A DNA stretch of 64,000 bases, taken from assembly GCF_009914755.1 (NCBI RefSeq), contig NC_060947.1, one strand, 5' to 3'. The translations under genes and the position numbers were made by a program. The stretch comes from the human T2T-CHM13v2.0 reference genome, Homo sapiens. Shown here one piece after another: positions 22,401 to 37,544 of this stretch. How positions within the stretch are numbered: the stretch's first letter is position 1; each line of letters begins with the position of its first letter. Under the pieces are notes generated by a model that saw only the letters and a program-made list of their open reading frames with translations, was not told the origin of the DNA and searched no databases.

Positions 22401-25400
22401 GCCTTCACAGAGTTGAAGATGAGCTGATAATAGAGTTTGTTGGGTACCTTCAATGTACTAAAAGTAATGTGGAAAAACACCCCTGAACATTATTTTATTA
22501 TTTTCAAATTGCAAAATTAAAGGTGTCAGGATGCAGGTCAGGAAGACAGACAGAAACATGAGATGACAAAGAAATTTAGGAAATTTTAGTGGGAGTGAAA
22601 CACCCAGCCAGTTAAATGAAGCAGACTTTAAGCTACATACTAGGAGGACAGACTGTAGATAATTAATGGGTCTTTAATAAATTGGGTCTCATAATCAGAA
22701 ATGAAACTTATCTGAATATTAATTACAGATCCAGAAAAAATGCAAGAGCCATGATGGACCTTTTTAAAAAAAATAACAGTTAAATGTTAACTATATCTCT
22801 TTTGCTACAATTAGGCATTTTGGCCATTTAGTTTTGAAGTTCTGTAACAGTTTAAACTTCAACAGTGCAAATATATTCAGACTGTAAGTGGTAAAACTTC
22901 CTGTCAAGAATGATGAAGACTGTTTTCATTGTATTCTGATTAGCATCATACTTAGAAACTACAGTGAAATGCCAATGAGCACTCTAATGCCATTGAAAAA
23001 GGACACCCACGACACACGTCTGCCATACATACTTTGGTAAACAATTGCAGTGACTCATATACCTTGAACAAAAAATAGAAATTTGATCAACCTATTTCAA
23101 AAGGCTTGAAAGTTAAAGCGAATTCTAAATGTAGATTAGTAGCAAATGATGACAGCCAAGCCAGCATTACCTCAGTTGATTAATTTATAAGGATATTGGT
23201 CAATGATTTTACCCAACAGCTACGCATAGTAGAATCCTAATGGGATCTGTCTGTTAAAATTACATAAAGTAGGGCATTTGATTTATTTCATAGTTTCTCA
23301 GAGCTCAATTTTAACTTCATACAAATAATGCATTAGTCACCCAGGATAAATGACATGCTGAATACAGTTGTGATTTTGTCTGCTTCTCATAATCAGATTT
23401 AGCAAAGGATTACATCTGTCTTTGTAGTTTATTCCTATCCTAAACATTTGTAGGTAGAGTGGGATCTTTTCTCTTGTTTCATATCTCGTTAGATGACATC
23501 GGACCATCCAGCCCTTTCCCTGCCTCTGGGTTTCTGGAGTGTGTAAGGAAGATTCACTGATTTAGGGGTAGTACTAAGAACTACCACATCTACAGTGAGG
23601 CACATAGAAGGGTTTAAAGACGTTGCTACTCTAAATATATCATTAGGAGTATATCACTATCTATTTATATATTGCTGAACGATTTTATTTCATTTTTAAG
23701 ATTTGGTTACATTCTTAAACCTGGAGTACATATTATTATAAAGCAAATTCAGTAAAATAACACTAAAATCATTCAAATGCGCTAAAGCAGGTGAAAATGT
23801 GGGGATCACCAAACTTTGCCTACGTGCCTATACTCCAAACCATCATCTCCCTCACCCTTGACCCTGGGGTTGGGAGAGTCTTTTCTTTGTGCTGTGAATG
23901 CTGCAGTAGCTGCTCCAGGGATGTACCTCTCTGAGCCTTACAGTGTCAACCCAAATGTGATTTCAATGCCAAGACCTGGCTGACTTTTACACTCTGATCA
24001 CCATTATTTCTGTCTTTTAGTAGCTTCATTGCCTTAATGGAGGACGGAAAGGTGAGTTTGCCCAACTGAAAAACTTTGAAATCTGTTCGGCCTACACTTG
24101 CACACCAAAATTAGAAGAAGGGGGAGGTTTTAAATTCGTGGCTGGCTGGAAATATGTGGGTTTATATTTTTAAGATGTAAAAAATATGATTAGGAGAAAG
24201 TTCTCAGAACTTCATGGACATCATGTAACTCTTAGAAAGTAAGGTAAATTATAAAATATGGGATAACTTTTCTTAAATTGAACATAATCATAAAAATTCA
24301 AGGCAAAGCAACATATTCTGCAAAATTTATGAGATTTGAGGGTGGGGGAAGAGTTTGCAAAGCTTGACAACCTCCAGTGCATCTGACCTGGCACATTCCT
24401 GTTGGTAATGAGAACCTTATGGGGTGCTGGGCCTCGGTTTTCTTAGGCAGGGCCTGCTCCCCAAGGGTATCATAAATGATACGCGAGTCAGGAACTTCAT
24501 GGCTCATGGTATTTCTCAGGGATATTTTAGTTAAGCTGTCCCACCCAGCTACAGTGGCAGAAGTTGGGAAGAGGGCCCACTCATAAATCTTTATTGAACT
24601 TTAATTAATTAATTAATTATTTGCCATTGTTCATAGGAATTTGAAAGGGAAAGACATATTGAATAACCATGCCTATCTGACTTTATAGAAATGGTCCAGG
24701 TTCTTGGGGTTAATGTGACTTTTATTATTTGATAGGCACGCATTTGTTTAACAATGACAATAACCGGAAAACCACAGAAGTATAAATACCAGTAATGAAA
24801 AGTTCAATGCAAAGAGGAAAAAAAAGAAGAAGAAAAAGTGCAATGCCAAAGTTAGGGCTATTTCTTCTGGTGTTTTCTTATGTTTTGTCTTTCCTTTTCT
24901 TTCCTTTTATTCCCACATGCCGTGAAAGTTTGGAGTTGGCCACAATCTCATTTGTGAATTTGGGCCTTCCACTGTAGGATGTGTAGGGTGGTCAGTCATG
25001 AAATGTGTATTTGTAAATACGTGTTTGTTCAAAGCAGTCTTAGCACCCGGATTTCCTGAACATAGTTCTGATATGGCTTTATTCTCAAAGGACTTCTAGC
25101 AGTGATGCTACATTTTGGTGTTGACCGTTGGAGGCAAGGAAATGTCCAAGTTGAATTGGTCTATGTGATGTTGATCCTTTAACTATGAGTGTTTACTGCC
25201 TTCCCTGGGAACTTGGAGCTTAGCCGACTTTAACAGCCATAGAAGACAAGCCTGATGTTACTTCTAAATACACAACCCTCAGTTCTCTATCACCTACCCT
25301 CCTCTTTCACTATCTTTTAAATTCCTGACATTTATTCATATAAACAGTTCAGTAGTTACTGTTTTATTTGGTTCCTTGAATAGGTCTGACAGCATTTGGA

Positions 25401-27129
25401 AAAAGACAGCTTATGATGTGGGCATCATGGTCTTATTTCACTGTCATCCTTTTAATTGTATTACTTACATCTGATAAATTTTCAGATTATTTTCTACCTT
25501 TTATTACTGATCTAGGATACTTATGGCAGTGTTTTGAAAGGTGAGAAACACAACACTGCTTTCTGAATTTTTTCTAAAGACTATGGTGCATTTTATGAGA
25601 TAAATGTTTAAAAGGTTGTTATGAATGAGACAGCCTACACTGAATGACTGAGGAGACTGGACAGAATGAAACCTTATTTTAAAGGAAAAATAAGCCATTT
25701 TTACCTTCCGTAAGTTTACTTTGAAAGGTAATAAACAAATTGTTTCCTCACTGGAAAAAAGGGAGGAAATAACATATTCGGGAGGCAGAGGCCTTTAATA
25801 TCTTGCAGGCTGTTTGACTGTATTCTGAATTTCATGTCCAAAACTGTCGTTGCTAATGTAGACTTATGAACCATCATTTAAAAAAATCCAAGGAGGCATC
25901 TTGCATTTAAATTGTAGAATTATTAGACCTTAATTTTCAATGAAATGAAAAGACACTAGCAATTCTAGCTGTTTTGCTTTAGCTAATAAAGCCATACTTG
26001 TTTCTATTTCCAGTGTCTTATTTCCAGGAAGACTGAATTTTCATAAATAGGCAATGGATAAGCAAGCCTTCTTAGCTTTAGTACTGATACTTTGTATCCC
26101 TCCATTATTTATTAACTGGACAATTAAGGCCCTCTGTGAGATACATTTTTTTTCATAATGATAGTCTCCCATTTAAAAATAGAGTTGTAAAAATCATAAA
26201 AGCTATAACGATATAAAAAGAAATGTGATCAATTTTTATGAATCAGTGTGAACTAATTTCAGTGGTGTGCAGGCAAAATGGTGAATGCAGCTATGGCTCA
26301 GTTCTCGTGCAATGTATGATGTGTAAAGAAGAAAGGAGAATCTCCCATTGGTTCTTTGCAATGGTTGCTCCTGATTCATGTCCCAGCAGTGGTATAGGAT
26401 CTTAGAACTTCAGATCTGTAAAGGTCCTTAAGGGGGATGAGAGTGAGGCCAACCCCTTGTTCAGTCTCCCCACAAGTAATCATCCAGCTTCTGCTAGCCA
26501 AAAAACAAAAACAAAAACATAATGAGAATGAAACTGCCTCCTATGGTAGCAAATTTCTTCTTTTTTGGATAGGTCAGAACAAATTCCATTGTATGTGGGC
26601 AAAGAAGCCTTCTTTGAACTTCCAGCCCTTGGTTGCAGTTCTGCCCTGGAGACCACACAAAATAGTCTAAGCTCTTCAGTTCACGTCAGCCCTCCCAAGG
26701 TCAAAGGACAGCTTGCCTATCTGTGTTCGCTGTGTTCTCATTTTTTAGGGCAAAACGTCCCAAGCCAAGCTTGGAGAGACTTCAAGAAACTCTGTCTAGA
26801 TATGCAGGTGGGAGGTGACTGGGCCCTAAAGGCTCTAACTCTATTTTTAGGTTACATAGAGCAGGGAGAGGCGTCTTTATCTCCTGCATATAAACTTTTT
26901 TGAGGGAACATGGGCTGAGAAGCAGATATTCAACATCCTTTTCCCAGGAAAACACCCCTCCGGATATCCTCTCTAATTGCCACAATATGAGAACCCCAAA
27001 AGATCAAAAGGCTAACAGGAACGTTTCCAGGAGGAATCAAATAACTAATGTTGAAGCCTGATGCTTCCTGTGAAACCATACATCTCTCACTGTCACCATA
27101 TTGGCATATACTTGGCAGATGACAATGGC

Positions 27130-27335
27130 CCTCAGAGTTGAGCAACTACTGCACGTCAGACACTCATCTGAACACTTTCCATACATAAACTATTAATACT
27201 TCCAGTAACCTTGAGAAGTAGTAGGCAAGCTTATTGCCATTTTTATGATGGGGAAATTGAGGCCCAAAGAGGTTGAGTCACTTGCTTAAGATCACATAAG
27301 TAAGTAGTAGAGCTGGGATTTGAACCCTGGCACTG
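27130..27335 (-). mobile_element. MIR
   Basis: ccatttttatgatggggaaattgaggcccaaagaggttgagtcacttgcttaagatcaca...gagctgggatttgaaccc. Confidence 0.8.
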
Positions 27336-28322
27336 TAACACTGAACTGTGATACAGCTTCTCAGAGATAAGTCTTGAGATGTTGCTCAACGTTGGCCCCC
27401 TCTGAACAAGCTACTACTTGGAAGTTATGAAAAGCCACTCTTCTGGCTGTGACCATCGTTTCATCCTGTAAGGGGGAGATTGGGTCCTAGTATTATTCAT
27501 TCCACTCTAATACTACATCATTGAATAGCTACATTCTCTTTGCAGTCTATTTGGTAGCCGAGCACCAGCTTTGTGATGAGTGAAATCTTAAGTATAGTGC
27601 CTCCTGAAGAGAGGAATAGGCATTCATTCATTCGTTCATTCAACAAATATATTCTGGGTGTCTACCATTAGCCAGGCACTGGGGATATCATAGTGATATT
27701 TGTATAAATGGCCCCTGGAGTCAGACCATTAAATACTTAAAGTAGAACAAGCAGTGAGAAAAAGTCCAATGTTTTTCTAAGATGCCCTAGATCATATCTG
27801 AAAATCCTTCTGGTGGCAGAGATTGTGGCACTTTAAGATGACAAAAACAGATACCCATTGCCCAATCCTACCCAGCCTTCTCTTCAGTACCACTGCCCTC
27901 GTTGCTTCATGCTGGAGATTTATGTGAATGAGATCAGCATAGGAGATGGAATTGGTCAAAACCACAGCAAATCCAATTTCAATGAAAGGGCTTGAGTCAT
28001 CTGTCATATAAGGAAATGCATGGCACAGGGCATCTGGCTTTCTTTGTGGCTGCCAGGATGCCAAGCGGACCCAACACTCCCTTGAATGATTTTTTGTGTC
28101 TAGTACTCATTTTTTTCACTTGTTGTACAAGAGGCATCTTAAGTCAAAATCTAACCCTTAGTACATTGTACCACATTGTTGATTACTGCAACCTTTCAGT
28201 CATTATTCAACAAATCATTTCTTGTACTGCACTATTGATTAGTTATTATAAAACCCTGAATTCAACTGTACAGTATTGGTTCTTTTTGCCAAAGGGACTC
28301 TAAATTAGAAAATAATTTTGAT

Positions 28323-28627
28323 GGCTGGGCGTGGTGGCTCACGCCTGTAATCCCAGCACTTTGGGAGGCCGAGGCAGGCGGATCACGAGGTCAGGAGATC
28401 GAGACCATCCTGGCTAACACGGTGAAACCCCGTTTCTACTAAAAATACAAAAAAAAAAAAATGAGCCAGGCATGGTGGCGGGCGCCTGTAGTCCCAGCTA
28501 CTCAGGAGGCTGAGGCAGGAGAATGTTGTGAACCTGGGAGGCGGGGCTTGCAGTGAGCCAAGATCGCGCCACTGCACTCCAGCCTGGGCGACAGTGCATG
28601 ACTCCGTCTCAAAAAAAAAAAAAAAAA
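28323..28627 (+). mobile_element. AluY, full length
   Basis: Diagnostic gatcacgaggtcaggagatcgagaccatcctggctaacacgg; poly-A tail; TSD AGAAAATAATTTTG on both sides. Confidence 0.95.
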
Positions 28628-31600
28628 GAAAATAATTTTGTCAAATACTATTGTCACAGCTATTAATGGGGCATCCCAAGATGAATAGTTTCTTGCTACC
28701 AAATACCTTTTATAAATATTGCGTTTAGAATTGAGTCTAGAGATTCATCTTGACTTGGGGGGAAAGGTCTATTAAAAGGACTTTATATTCCATTTTGCTT
28801 TGGTCTGGTCTTGGCACGGGAGTGTGGATTTTGCTAAAAAAACCAAACAGAGCCAGCTGTTTTCTTCCAGAGAGCCACCTTGACTATCAGTGTGGGTGTC
28901 AGATAACAGCCTTTGTGGTGAGAAGTTTATTGTATTTACTTGGGCGGTGGTCTCTAGTATTTGCAGTGCTTCATTGGCATAGTGTCTCACTTCTGCAAGA
29001 GAAGTTATCCACGACCATGGGTCATTTACTGTCTGTCAGGCGAGACATTTATAAACCAATGTCCTTTGTGTTCTGCCCTGAGCAATGACCCCTCATGGGA
29101 CTGAGCTTTGATGGAGAAAGGAAAAAGTGGTGTGTTGTGTTTGGTCACTTTCCGCTTGAGTGGCAGTTACCTGGTAAAATTTAAGGTGGAGGAGTATGCA
29201 TGTCTTGTGTTTAAGCAAAGACTGGATGACCCTTATTAGGAATGTTGCAGAAGGAATTCCAGCATTAGATAAAGGTTGAACTAGATGACCTTTGAGGTTG
29301 TTTCAGCTGCTGAGTTTTTATGATGCTTTAAAATCCCTTAGGAGAAAAGCTGCAGTGTAGACCATTGGCTGTGAATCCCAAGCTTGAAATTGTTGGAAAA
29401 TGATGCTCAAATCAAATCACATTAAATTCACTTTAAAGTTTAGAAATATATGACTTAACAATATTTTGTCTGTTGTTGGTTGGGGTAAAGGGGAGAATAG
29501 GAGGAAGATTATTGCAACATAAAATACAACAAACCATGAAAACAGCATCATACATCAAAATTAAAATTTTTTTCTCAAAAAATTAAAAGGATTGGGAATG
29601 ACTGACCTATATATTGCCTTATTTTTCTTTTTGTCTCATTTGTGAGCTCAACAACTCCAGCGTATTAATTACTGTTGCCTCCTATTGTCATTTTAATGGC
29701 ACCTTATATAAATAGAGGCAGTGAAGCTAGTTGCTACTCTCCCAACACACCCCATTTTTTGCATTTCTGACGTAGTGCAGGGACCCTTCTCCATTTGGTT
29801 ATTGGCCTGCTTGTTACAGAAGTCAGTTAACTATTCTTCAGGTCAGAAGTGAGATGTTAGCATTCTCACAATGAAGAATATATGGTATTCTCCCTCTTAT
29901 CTACTCACTTTCTGTGTGTTTTTAAAATAAAACCTAAGCATCTTCTTTGTTCATAGCATAATGGAATAAATATTACAGTCTTTGAACACATTCTTCGTGA
30001 AATCACTTGCAGCAATTTCTAGTGTTTGGTTTGTACTAGACATCTCCCACTCACGTAGACATGAAAATAATACGAAGCGGAAGAAACTACAAATGAAAAA
30101 AGAAAACCAGAAAGAGTGTTTACAAATTCAGAGAAGAATCTAAACTATTCTTGTGCTTATGCATTAAGGGCACATACTATGCATGTGACATCATTTAATG
30201 ACATTAGAATGTGCCATTCGGAGACCCGAGGAAATAAGTTAATAAGAATGTTTACCTGTGCATATATACAGTGTGTATATATACATACATATGTACGTAT
30301 ACATACACACTGTATATACAAACATATATATAAGCTAGTTGTAGAGTCTAGGCTTTTGTGAAACTTAAACTCTTAAGATATGTGGTCCTAATACCCCATA
30401 CCACCTCTCCCCACTCCATATATACAAATAACCTTTCTTACTCTGTTAGCCTTTTTGTCTGGTTGAAGGCTGTTGTGTCTAAACATATTATGACATTTTG
30501 TTTTAAACATTTTTTTAGAATAAAATAATTAATGCTAGCTGCCCTGAAGATTTGTGCATTTAAAAGTAAAATAAAAGTATATAAATCTAGTTTACATCTG
30601 AGATGTTTCAAAGAGGGACTTTAACTATCTAACAATTTAAAAACTTGCAAAATCCCTTAATGTCCAAGATGGACACACCCAGCTGTATTCTGGGCCTGCT
30701 GCTTGTCTAGAACTATTTTCAAATGCTTTTGGATTCAGTGAAACCCGAAATGCATATTGCCTCAAGCCCTTTTTCCCTCTTTAACTTTGAGACCCCTGTG
30801 TATTTGGAAGGAAATGAAATACATGTGTTTCTGATTTATTTACACTCATCAAAATGTTTTGTAAGAGCATTTGATGTTCTAGAAGCTTTTGTGAATTTTT
30901 GAAAATAAACTTTTGCAAACCTTCCTCACCACTCTCACTGCCGCTTTCCATGAAAAAGTCATATTTAGCTGAGGGTAAACAAATTGAAATGCCCACCAGG
31001 GTTGAGTTCAATTCTTTGTAGCTTAGGCAGAGTGTCCTGGGGGCTCCAGGTGGTAGGCACCCGGCTCCCACGTTTTTGTGCTGGCGTAACTGGGCTCAGC
31101 AGGTTGCAATACTCTTCTGGTTCTTCTTAACACTGGCCCAGCTGTTCTTTCTTTTGGATGCAATAGAAAGAATTTCCAAATAGATTTAAACTGAACAGAG
31201 AATTGACTCCTGTAACCAGAACTTTCACTGAACTCTGTAGAAGAAAGGCCTTTATCCTTATTTGTTATGTGAAATAAAATGTCTTAAGTGGGAATAACTT
31301 CCATATCTCACAGTGCCTTTTACTTCAGACTTTAGAGCTGTGTTAATAATTTTAATCACTATACCTACAGTTCCTTTTTCTAAAAAAAATATTAAGGAAT
31401 CTGATATACAGTAATCAGAAACAGTTTTGATCAATCTCTTTCATTGTGGCTGGTGGCTCTAGCCTTTTTTGTAAAGTAATTTGTTTATGCTTACAATTAC
31501 AAAGTGCTCTAATAGCCTTATTCTATAATGACCCAGACAGTGCCTCTGAGAAGAAGTCTTTGTGTGGAAGTCAAACAGTTTAGTGGAGCATAAAGACGGC

Positions 31601-31961
31601 AGACATTGCCAAGGCCAGGAAAGCCATTTATCAGTGCATGGCCTACTATGCACTGAAAATGAACTTGGATAGAAGCTACCTTAAGTCTACTTCCTTCTCA
31701 CAGGGGTTTGGCTTGAGGGAAGCAGGCTTTCAGGGTTGCAGTCATATCAGTGCATCAGTGGGTCACCAGGTACCATTTGTGTGGAGGCTCTGATAATGTC
31801 ACTGTCACCATTCTTGCACCCTGTGACAACACAGAGGACTGGCCAATTACAAACCCAGGAAAGCTCCTAGTAATTATTCAAATTCATGGTACATTCAGGT
31901 ATAACTTACAAACTGAATGTACCACATTCAGGTTCCACAGGTACCTGAAAAGCACGTGCAT

Positions 31962-31962
<1 letters not shown>

Positions 31963-32008
<46 letters not shown>
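31963..32008. repeat. (CA)23 microsatellite
   Basis: Read directly. Confidence 0.95.
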
Positions 32009-32011
<3 letters not shown>

Positions 32012-34674
32012 AGACTTTTGCCTGGATCTTGCAAAAAAGTTACCCTAAAAAATAATATGTCTACCTTTGGTGGTAACTAACACTGCAGCACATTTCGTAG
32101 GAGGTAGTTTTTGTTATCAAGATATACTTCCCCTCTATCTCATAAACCTTAAGAAGGTATTAGAAACAAATTACATTGCATAGTTTATATATCCATATCT
32201 CCAAGGATTTCTATATGTCAATAAAATGCCAATCATCAGATTTGTCCTGATGTGAAAGTCAGGGACAAAATGACCACCTAGCTTCTCAGTTGAGGCTACA
32301 TGGAATTACGTATGAATATTTCAGATAAGATCAGATCTGATCATAAACTCTTATTTTTGTAGCATGCAAGTGTGTGGATAATGTGTAAAAAGGAAGACAT
32401 AAGTCAAATGTGTCACATCTGAGACTCTCTTGCACTGAGATTGAAAAGGCATTGCGTCCATGAAACAGCCCTTGTGCCGTCCAAAAGCACTGCTCCTTTC
32501 TCCTCAGTTGCATCAAATTTCTGTGGAACTCATACCATTGCCAGATTAGGGCAATCAACAGGGGCAGAGAACTTCAAATGAAACTTCCGCCACAGTGCAA
32601 GCATTTGTCACCATATTGTCGGTGAGCCAAAATCTTTCCCCTTTGTGCTGATGGCTAAACAAGAATACTCTCACAATCTCCCCTGTTGTTCTTTTTCTAA
32701 GTGTGCCCTGAAAAAGTTCTGATGCAAAATAGTCAAATCACGGCTGTTACTTGCTTGCCACCTGTCCTGACGACAAGAGGAAACATGGGTTGCACCTACT
32801 GGACCTAAAGTCTTCACTTCTTCTCCAAGGATTGCAGGTGTACAGCTCACTATATTTAACTATGCGGGCTGTCCCAGAGGGGGCTTGTGCATGCATTTGC
32901 ATGGGGCAGAATGATCAGCTCTTGCCTCCAGTCCATCTGGTGATAGGGACAGTTTCACATTATATGTGTATTTTCGGGAACATTTTGTATTAAGAGGTGA
33001 GAGTGGACTTTCTGGGCATGGAATTGTTTGTTTATGGAAACAGGCATACATTGTGTCTACAAAGCAATAGGGAAAAGGCTTTGCGGGAAAACTTCAGTCC
33101 CTTCCTGCTTAGGGAACATGCTGTGGGAACCTTTTAAGTTTTTCTATTCACTATTTTACTGTTCTAGGTCTGCATTGAGTGGGAGTTAAATTTTAAATGC
33201 TCATCGGGTCTTTGCAAAGCCTTTTAGTATACAATTGCTGGTACAGTTGCTTATACAATTGTACAGTTGCACAACGATTACTTATGATTGATGTGTATTT
33301 AGATTGGCTTTGGCTAGGCAAGAGTGGTATCACAAAACCCTGCTCCAGTTTTGAAAAAAAACTACTTTATTAATATATTCCTATCTTGTTGATATTGTCA
33401 TATTTATACGTTCATTTCTTGCAACTAAAGCCTTCTGGCACATCCATTTATAAACTATTCCAATAACTTAGTATAAAGATCTGCTCTACGTGATCACACA
33501 TGTGGGCATGCAAACACTAATAAAAGGAGAAACTGAGGCAAGGAAATCATGCAAATTTCCTGAGGTCAAATTTTGTATTGTGATAGTACTGAGAATACGT
33601 CCTTGAAACAGGAATTCGACTCCAGTGACTAAAACACTTGCTCTCTGTAGCATCTTTGTGAAATGCAGGGGTGAGATATATGCATATATATCATCTTCAT
33701 TAAGAGGAAAGTGAGATATTTATGGTAGCTGCTAATGTTAATATCAATTTTCAACATTAATAATAAAATGAGCAGAATGAAGCCAATAGATCCAGGTCCT
33801 GTATATGATTAAATTTATTTATTTTCATTTTTAAGTGAAAATGTTAAATCAATTGCATGATTTCCTTTGAATTTGTAATAATGACATTATAAAACATATA
33901 CATGTACATATACCCCATTCATGTAATTAAACAGATTCATCAAACATATTGTTGAAAAATCTTGGAAATGTGTGGGACAGAGGATTAATTAACTCAGAAG
34001 CATGTAAACTCTAAAAAGTTTGTTAATCTATTTTCATTATACATATGCTCTCCATGTATGATTTGTGACAGCTTAAGGACAGATGGCCGAGTAATTTACA
34101 ACTCTGACTTCAATTATATACCGTGTTGTTCAAATGAAAATAGCTCTCTTGCAGCATAGATAGAGATGTTAGCAACCATTTATAAGAAGTGTTTGGAAAT
34201 TAGGATGAAAGACAAAGCCTGCTTTGTTTGATTTCATGCAAAAAAATTTAGAATGCCTGTTCATAAAATAATTTCCAAATATTAGTCTTTAGTTCTTGAC
34301 AGTTTCAAAATTGTGCAAGTGTAAAATGGAATTTTAACTGCTTTTCTTTTCTCTTTCATGTAGTTCATAGCAGATATTTCAACACTGTCGCTGCTCCAGA
34401 AAATCCTTGGATCCAGTTCCTCCAGATTGAGAAAGGAATGACATACTCTTTAGGGTAATCGTGTAGGCAGGGATGAGGAGAATGGTTGAAGAGAGAATTC
34501 TGTGTTTTGACTTGGAAAGGCACCCACTCCACCCTTGTATTTTCAAAGTGGCTCTTAGATGTCGGGCAGTATGATTCTCATTCAAAGCCTGGAACACCAA
34601 AGAAGAAACTCTGCATCTTGCCACTTAAACTTACTGTTAGCACTTCGGTACTGATGTACAGCTTTGGTTGAAGC

Positions 34675-34748
<74 letters not shown>
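34675..34748. repeat. Compound (CT)~23(GT)14 microsatellite
   Basis: Read directly; one TT interruption in the CT tract. Confidence 0.95.
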
Positions 34749-34750
<2 letters not shown>

Positions 34751-36769
34751 TTTGAAAATTGTATCCCCCTTCAGACTATAACCTAGTCTTTTAATGTGCA
34801 TGAGAAGGGTAAAAGTAAATATATGCCCCTATAGAGAAAAGGAGGTAATTTATTTATTGCTTTTCCATTTTTAATTTGCCCATTCTAAACAATGTTCCAG
34901 AAGGATTTGTATGACTTAATACTTTCCAGAAAATATTCTGTTTTTGTAGGCTAATGGTTCAGTTTACTTCTCATTTCTTCATTGCCTTTCAGATAAGTAC
35001 TTCCACAGGAACTTAGCATTAAAATTTGCCTTTTCAAATGTACCATATGGAATTCCCAAAGGAAATAATTTTTAAAGTACCAGTCTCACTCAATTTGGCT
35101 GTAGAGCTGAGTTCTCTTCCTCTCACAACCCCCTTCCCCAATTTAAAACATTTTCATAAACTCAGAAACAGAGGAGCTAACAAGAATCTCTGGATCCATT
35201 AACATTCAGTCATGTAGAATTTCTCAGAATATTCCCATCTTAAAGAGGATGTGGAGACAACATTTGAATGGATGACATTATGTGTGTTTCAGAAGCCAGG
35301 TGTAAAGAGCACTTTTCCATACATTTTATATCTGAGTTACCAATGCCTCATCTTCCAGAGAGCAGGCAGTAGGCGGCATGTGTGTCCTGGGACACTGAGC
35401 TTGCCTTCCTTTACTAAGGGCTGTAACTGCCACATCACCATTTGGAGTCATGACTTGTAAAGTACTCAGTCTTATTTGTTGACAACTGTTGTGGGCACCT
35501 CTCCCTTTTAAGTGTTCTAAAGGAACAAGTTTTGAGAAATTAGGTCAGTTGAATTTTCTAATATTTTTGGAATGTAAATTAACTGTACAAAAAGCTTCAA
35601 CTGCAGTTGTAATTGTAGCTTGTTAAAAATGAAAAACAGAGATGTCAGAATTCTATTAGGAAAAAATAATTATAGTAATATTTTCCTGCTATATTGACCC
35701 TGCTAATTGTATAAAAGAAAGTACATTCAAAATTTAACTTATGTGTACGTGTGTGTGTGTGCATGTGCAGGAGAGAGAGAGAGGTGTTAGAGCCACCAGT
35801 TTGCTGAAGTAATAACTTTCCTTTTCTTCTTTTCTATAACCAAGCATAATATATAAAGAGAGCTTTGACATAACATTTGAAGTCTAAACTCCAGCCAATG
35901 TCAATATTATATAGCAAATATTGACTTTAATCAAAAAGGTCTGACTGATGTTACAGCTTATAAGAACAAACAAAATTGTAACACTTATCATTAAATTACC
36001 ACTATAGAAATATGTAGATGATAATCTCAGCCCAGTGAATGAGCTGATTCTCAATAGATAATGGTCCCATTAGTCAGATATTATCATTTAGCTTATCTAT
36101 ATTACTTAGAAATAGTTTATATTTAAATAACCAGAATAGAAGACTTCATAAATACACATTAGGTTGTGGGCTATAGATTTCAACACTATCTATCTATAGA
36201 TAAAGCTATAAATAGATGAATATTGAATATAGTAATTTAACACTTAAGTAATTTTATAGTATCATTAAAAGGAATCACACTTGAGCCATTAATTGTAAGG
36301 ATTTGAAATGTTAGAAAAAACAGTTGTGAAATTCACAGAGAAAGACAGGAAGAACATTCTAAACATCATCTATTTTGGAGATGGAAAACAACATTTGATT
36401 TCATGTATATATAATGTATCCCATAGTAGGGACTCAGTGTCAGTAGGCTGAGATAACATACGAGAAATCTGAAAGTTCTGACTGCTCTGTGTGCTTAGGA
36501 CCTCCACAGGGTACCAGACTTTACCAACTTCAGGACTTCCACTAGTCTGAGTAGCCAGGGCACACCAGTCACAGCTCAGAGAGACACATCCTTAGGTTTG
36601 CTGAAAACACCTGTTTCTGAGAGCAATCATAGTATAATAGCTTTGACTCAATAAAGTGATCTTCCGTGAGCAAGAAGATCAGTTGGCAGAAAAGGAAAAG
36701 GAAATGTGGCACAAAAAACTTGGCACTCCACTATAAGAAATAACTTTACCTTTGTTAATTCATTTAGTC

Positions 36770-37535
36770 GGTGGATTCTTATTTTATTTAATGAGTTATA
36801 ATCCATTACTATCATCATTTATTTATTTATTGCTAAAATTTGAGGTAATTTTAGATTCACACATAGTTGCAAGAAAGAATATACAGAAGTCCTGTGTACT
36901 TTTATCCAGTTTTCCACAGTGGTAATATCTTGCGAAACTATAGTACAATACAATCTTGTTTTTTTTTTTTTTTTTTTTTTGATGCACAAATTTTCCCAGA
37001 CTTGACCAGTGGGAGCTGTTTCTAGCTGGCTCCTATGTCCTTTTGATTTTGAATCACTTCCTTAATTTCTGGAACAAAATACTTCAGGTTCACCTGGTAC
37101 TTTCTCTGCTTCAGCCCTGGATTCATCTCTCTTAGAAGCCTAATTTCCTTTATTGGAAAATGGTACTTATAGAACAAGATATAGAACAAAATGGTACTTA
37201 TAGAAAAGGGGATAGGTATACCTTTACTACCGGAGTGCCATTATTTCTAGGCCATCTCAGCAAATAGAGCTAGGAAATATATACACGTACATGCACATAC
37301 ACATACATGAACACACATCTATCTCTATTTCTATATCTGTTCATCTGTATATACAGCATATTAAAATATCATGATGTTATAATGATCTCACCAATTCCAA
37401 TAAAACACCACATTCCAGTCTTTCCCCTTTTCTTACCGGTAACTCCCTTCTCTAAAATTGAGAAATTTAGCTCACATGATCCACAATATACTTAGTTATT
37501 TAGTCAATCCAAATGTGCTAACCCCTAGCACTGTG
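36770..37535 (-). mobile_element. Old L1 (L1MC/L1ME-type 3' region), antisense, with a nested L1 3'-end fragment (~36835-36955) and a T22 run
   Basis: Resembles reverse complement of L1MC4-like 3'UTR (ggattcttattttatttaatgagttataatccattact; gatgcacaaattttcccagacttgaccagtggg). Confidence 0.7.
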
Positions 37536-37544
37536 AAAAATCAG

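Noticed and set aside
28383-28702. ORFs with 'Alu-like protein' text (also 7170, 43882, 46482-46828, 59076)
   Set aside because: Translations of Alu elements.
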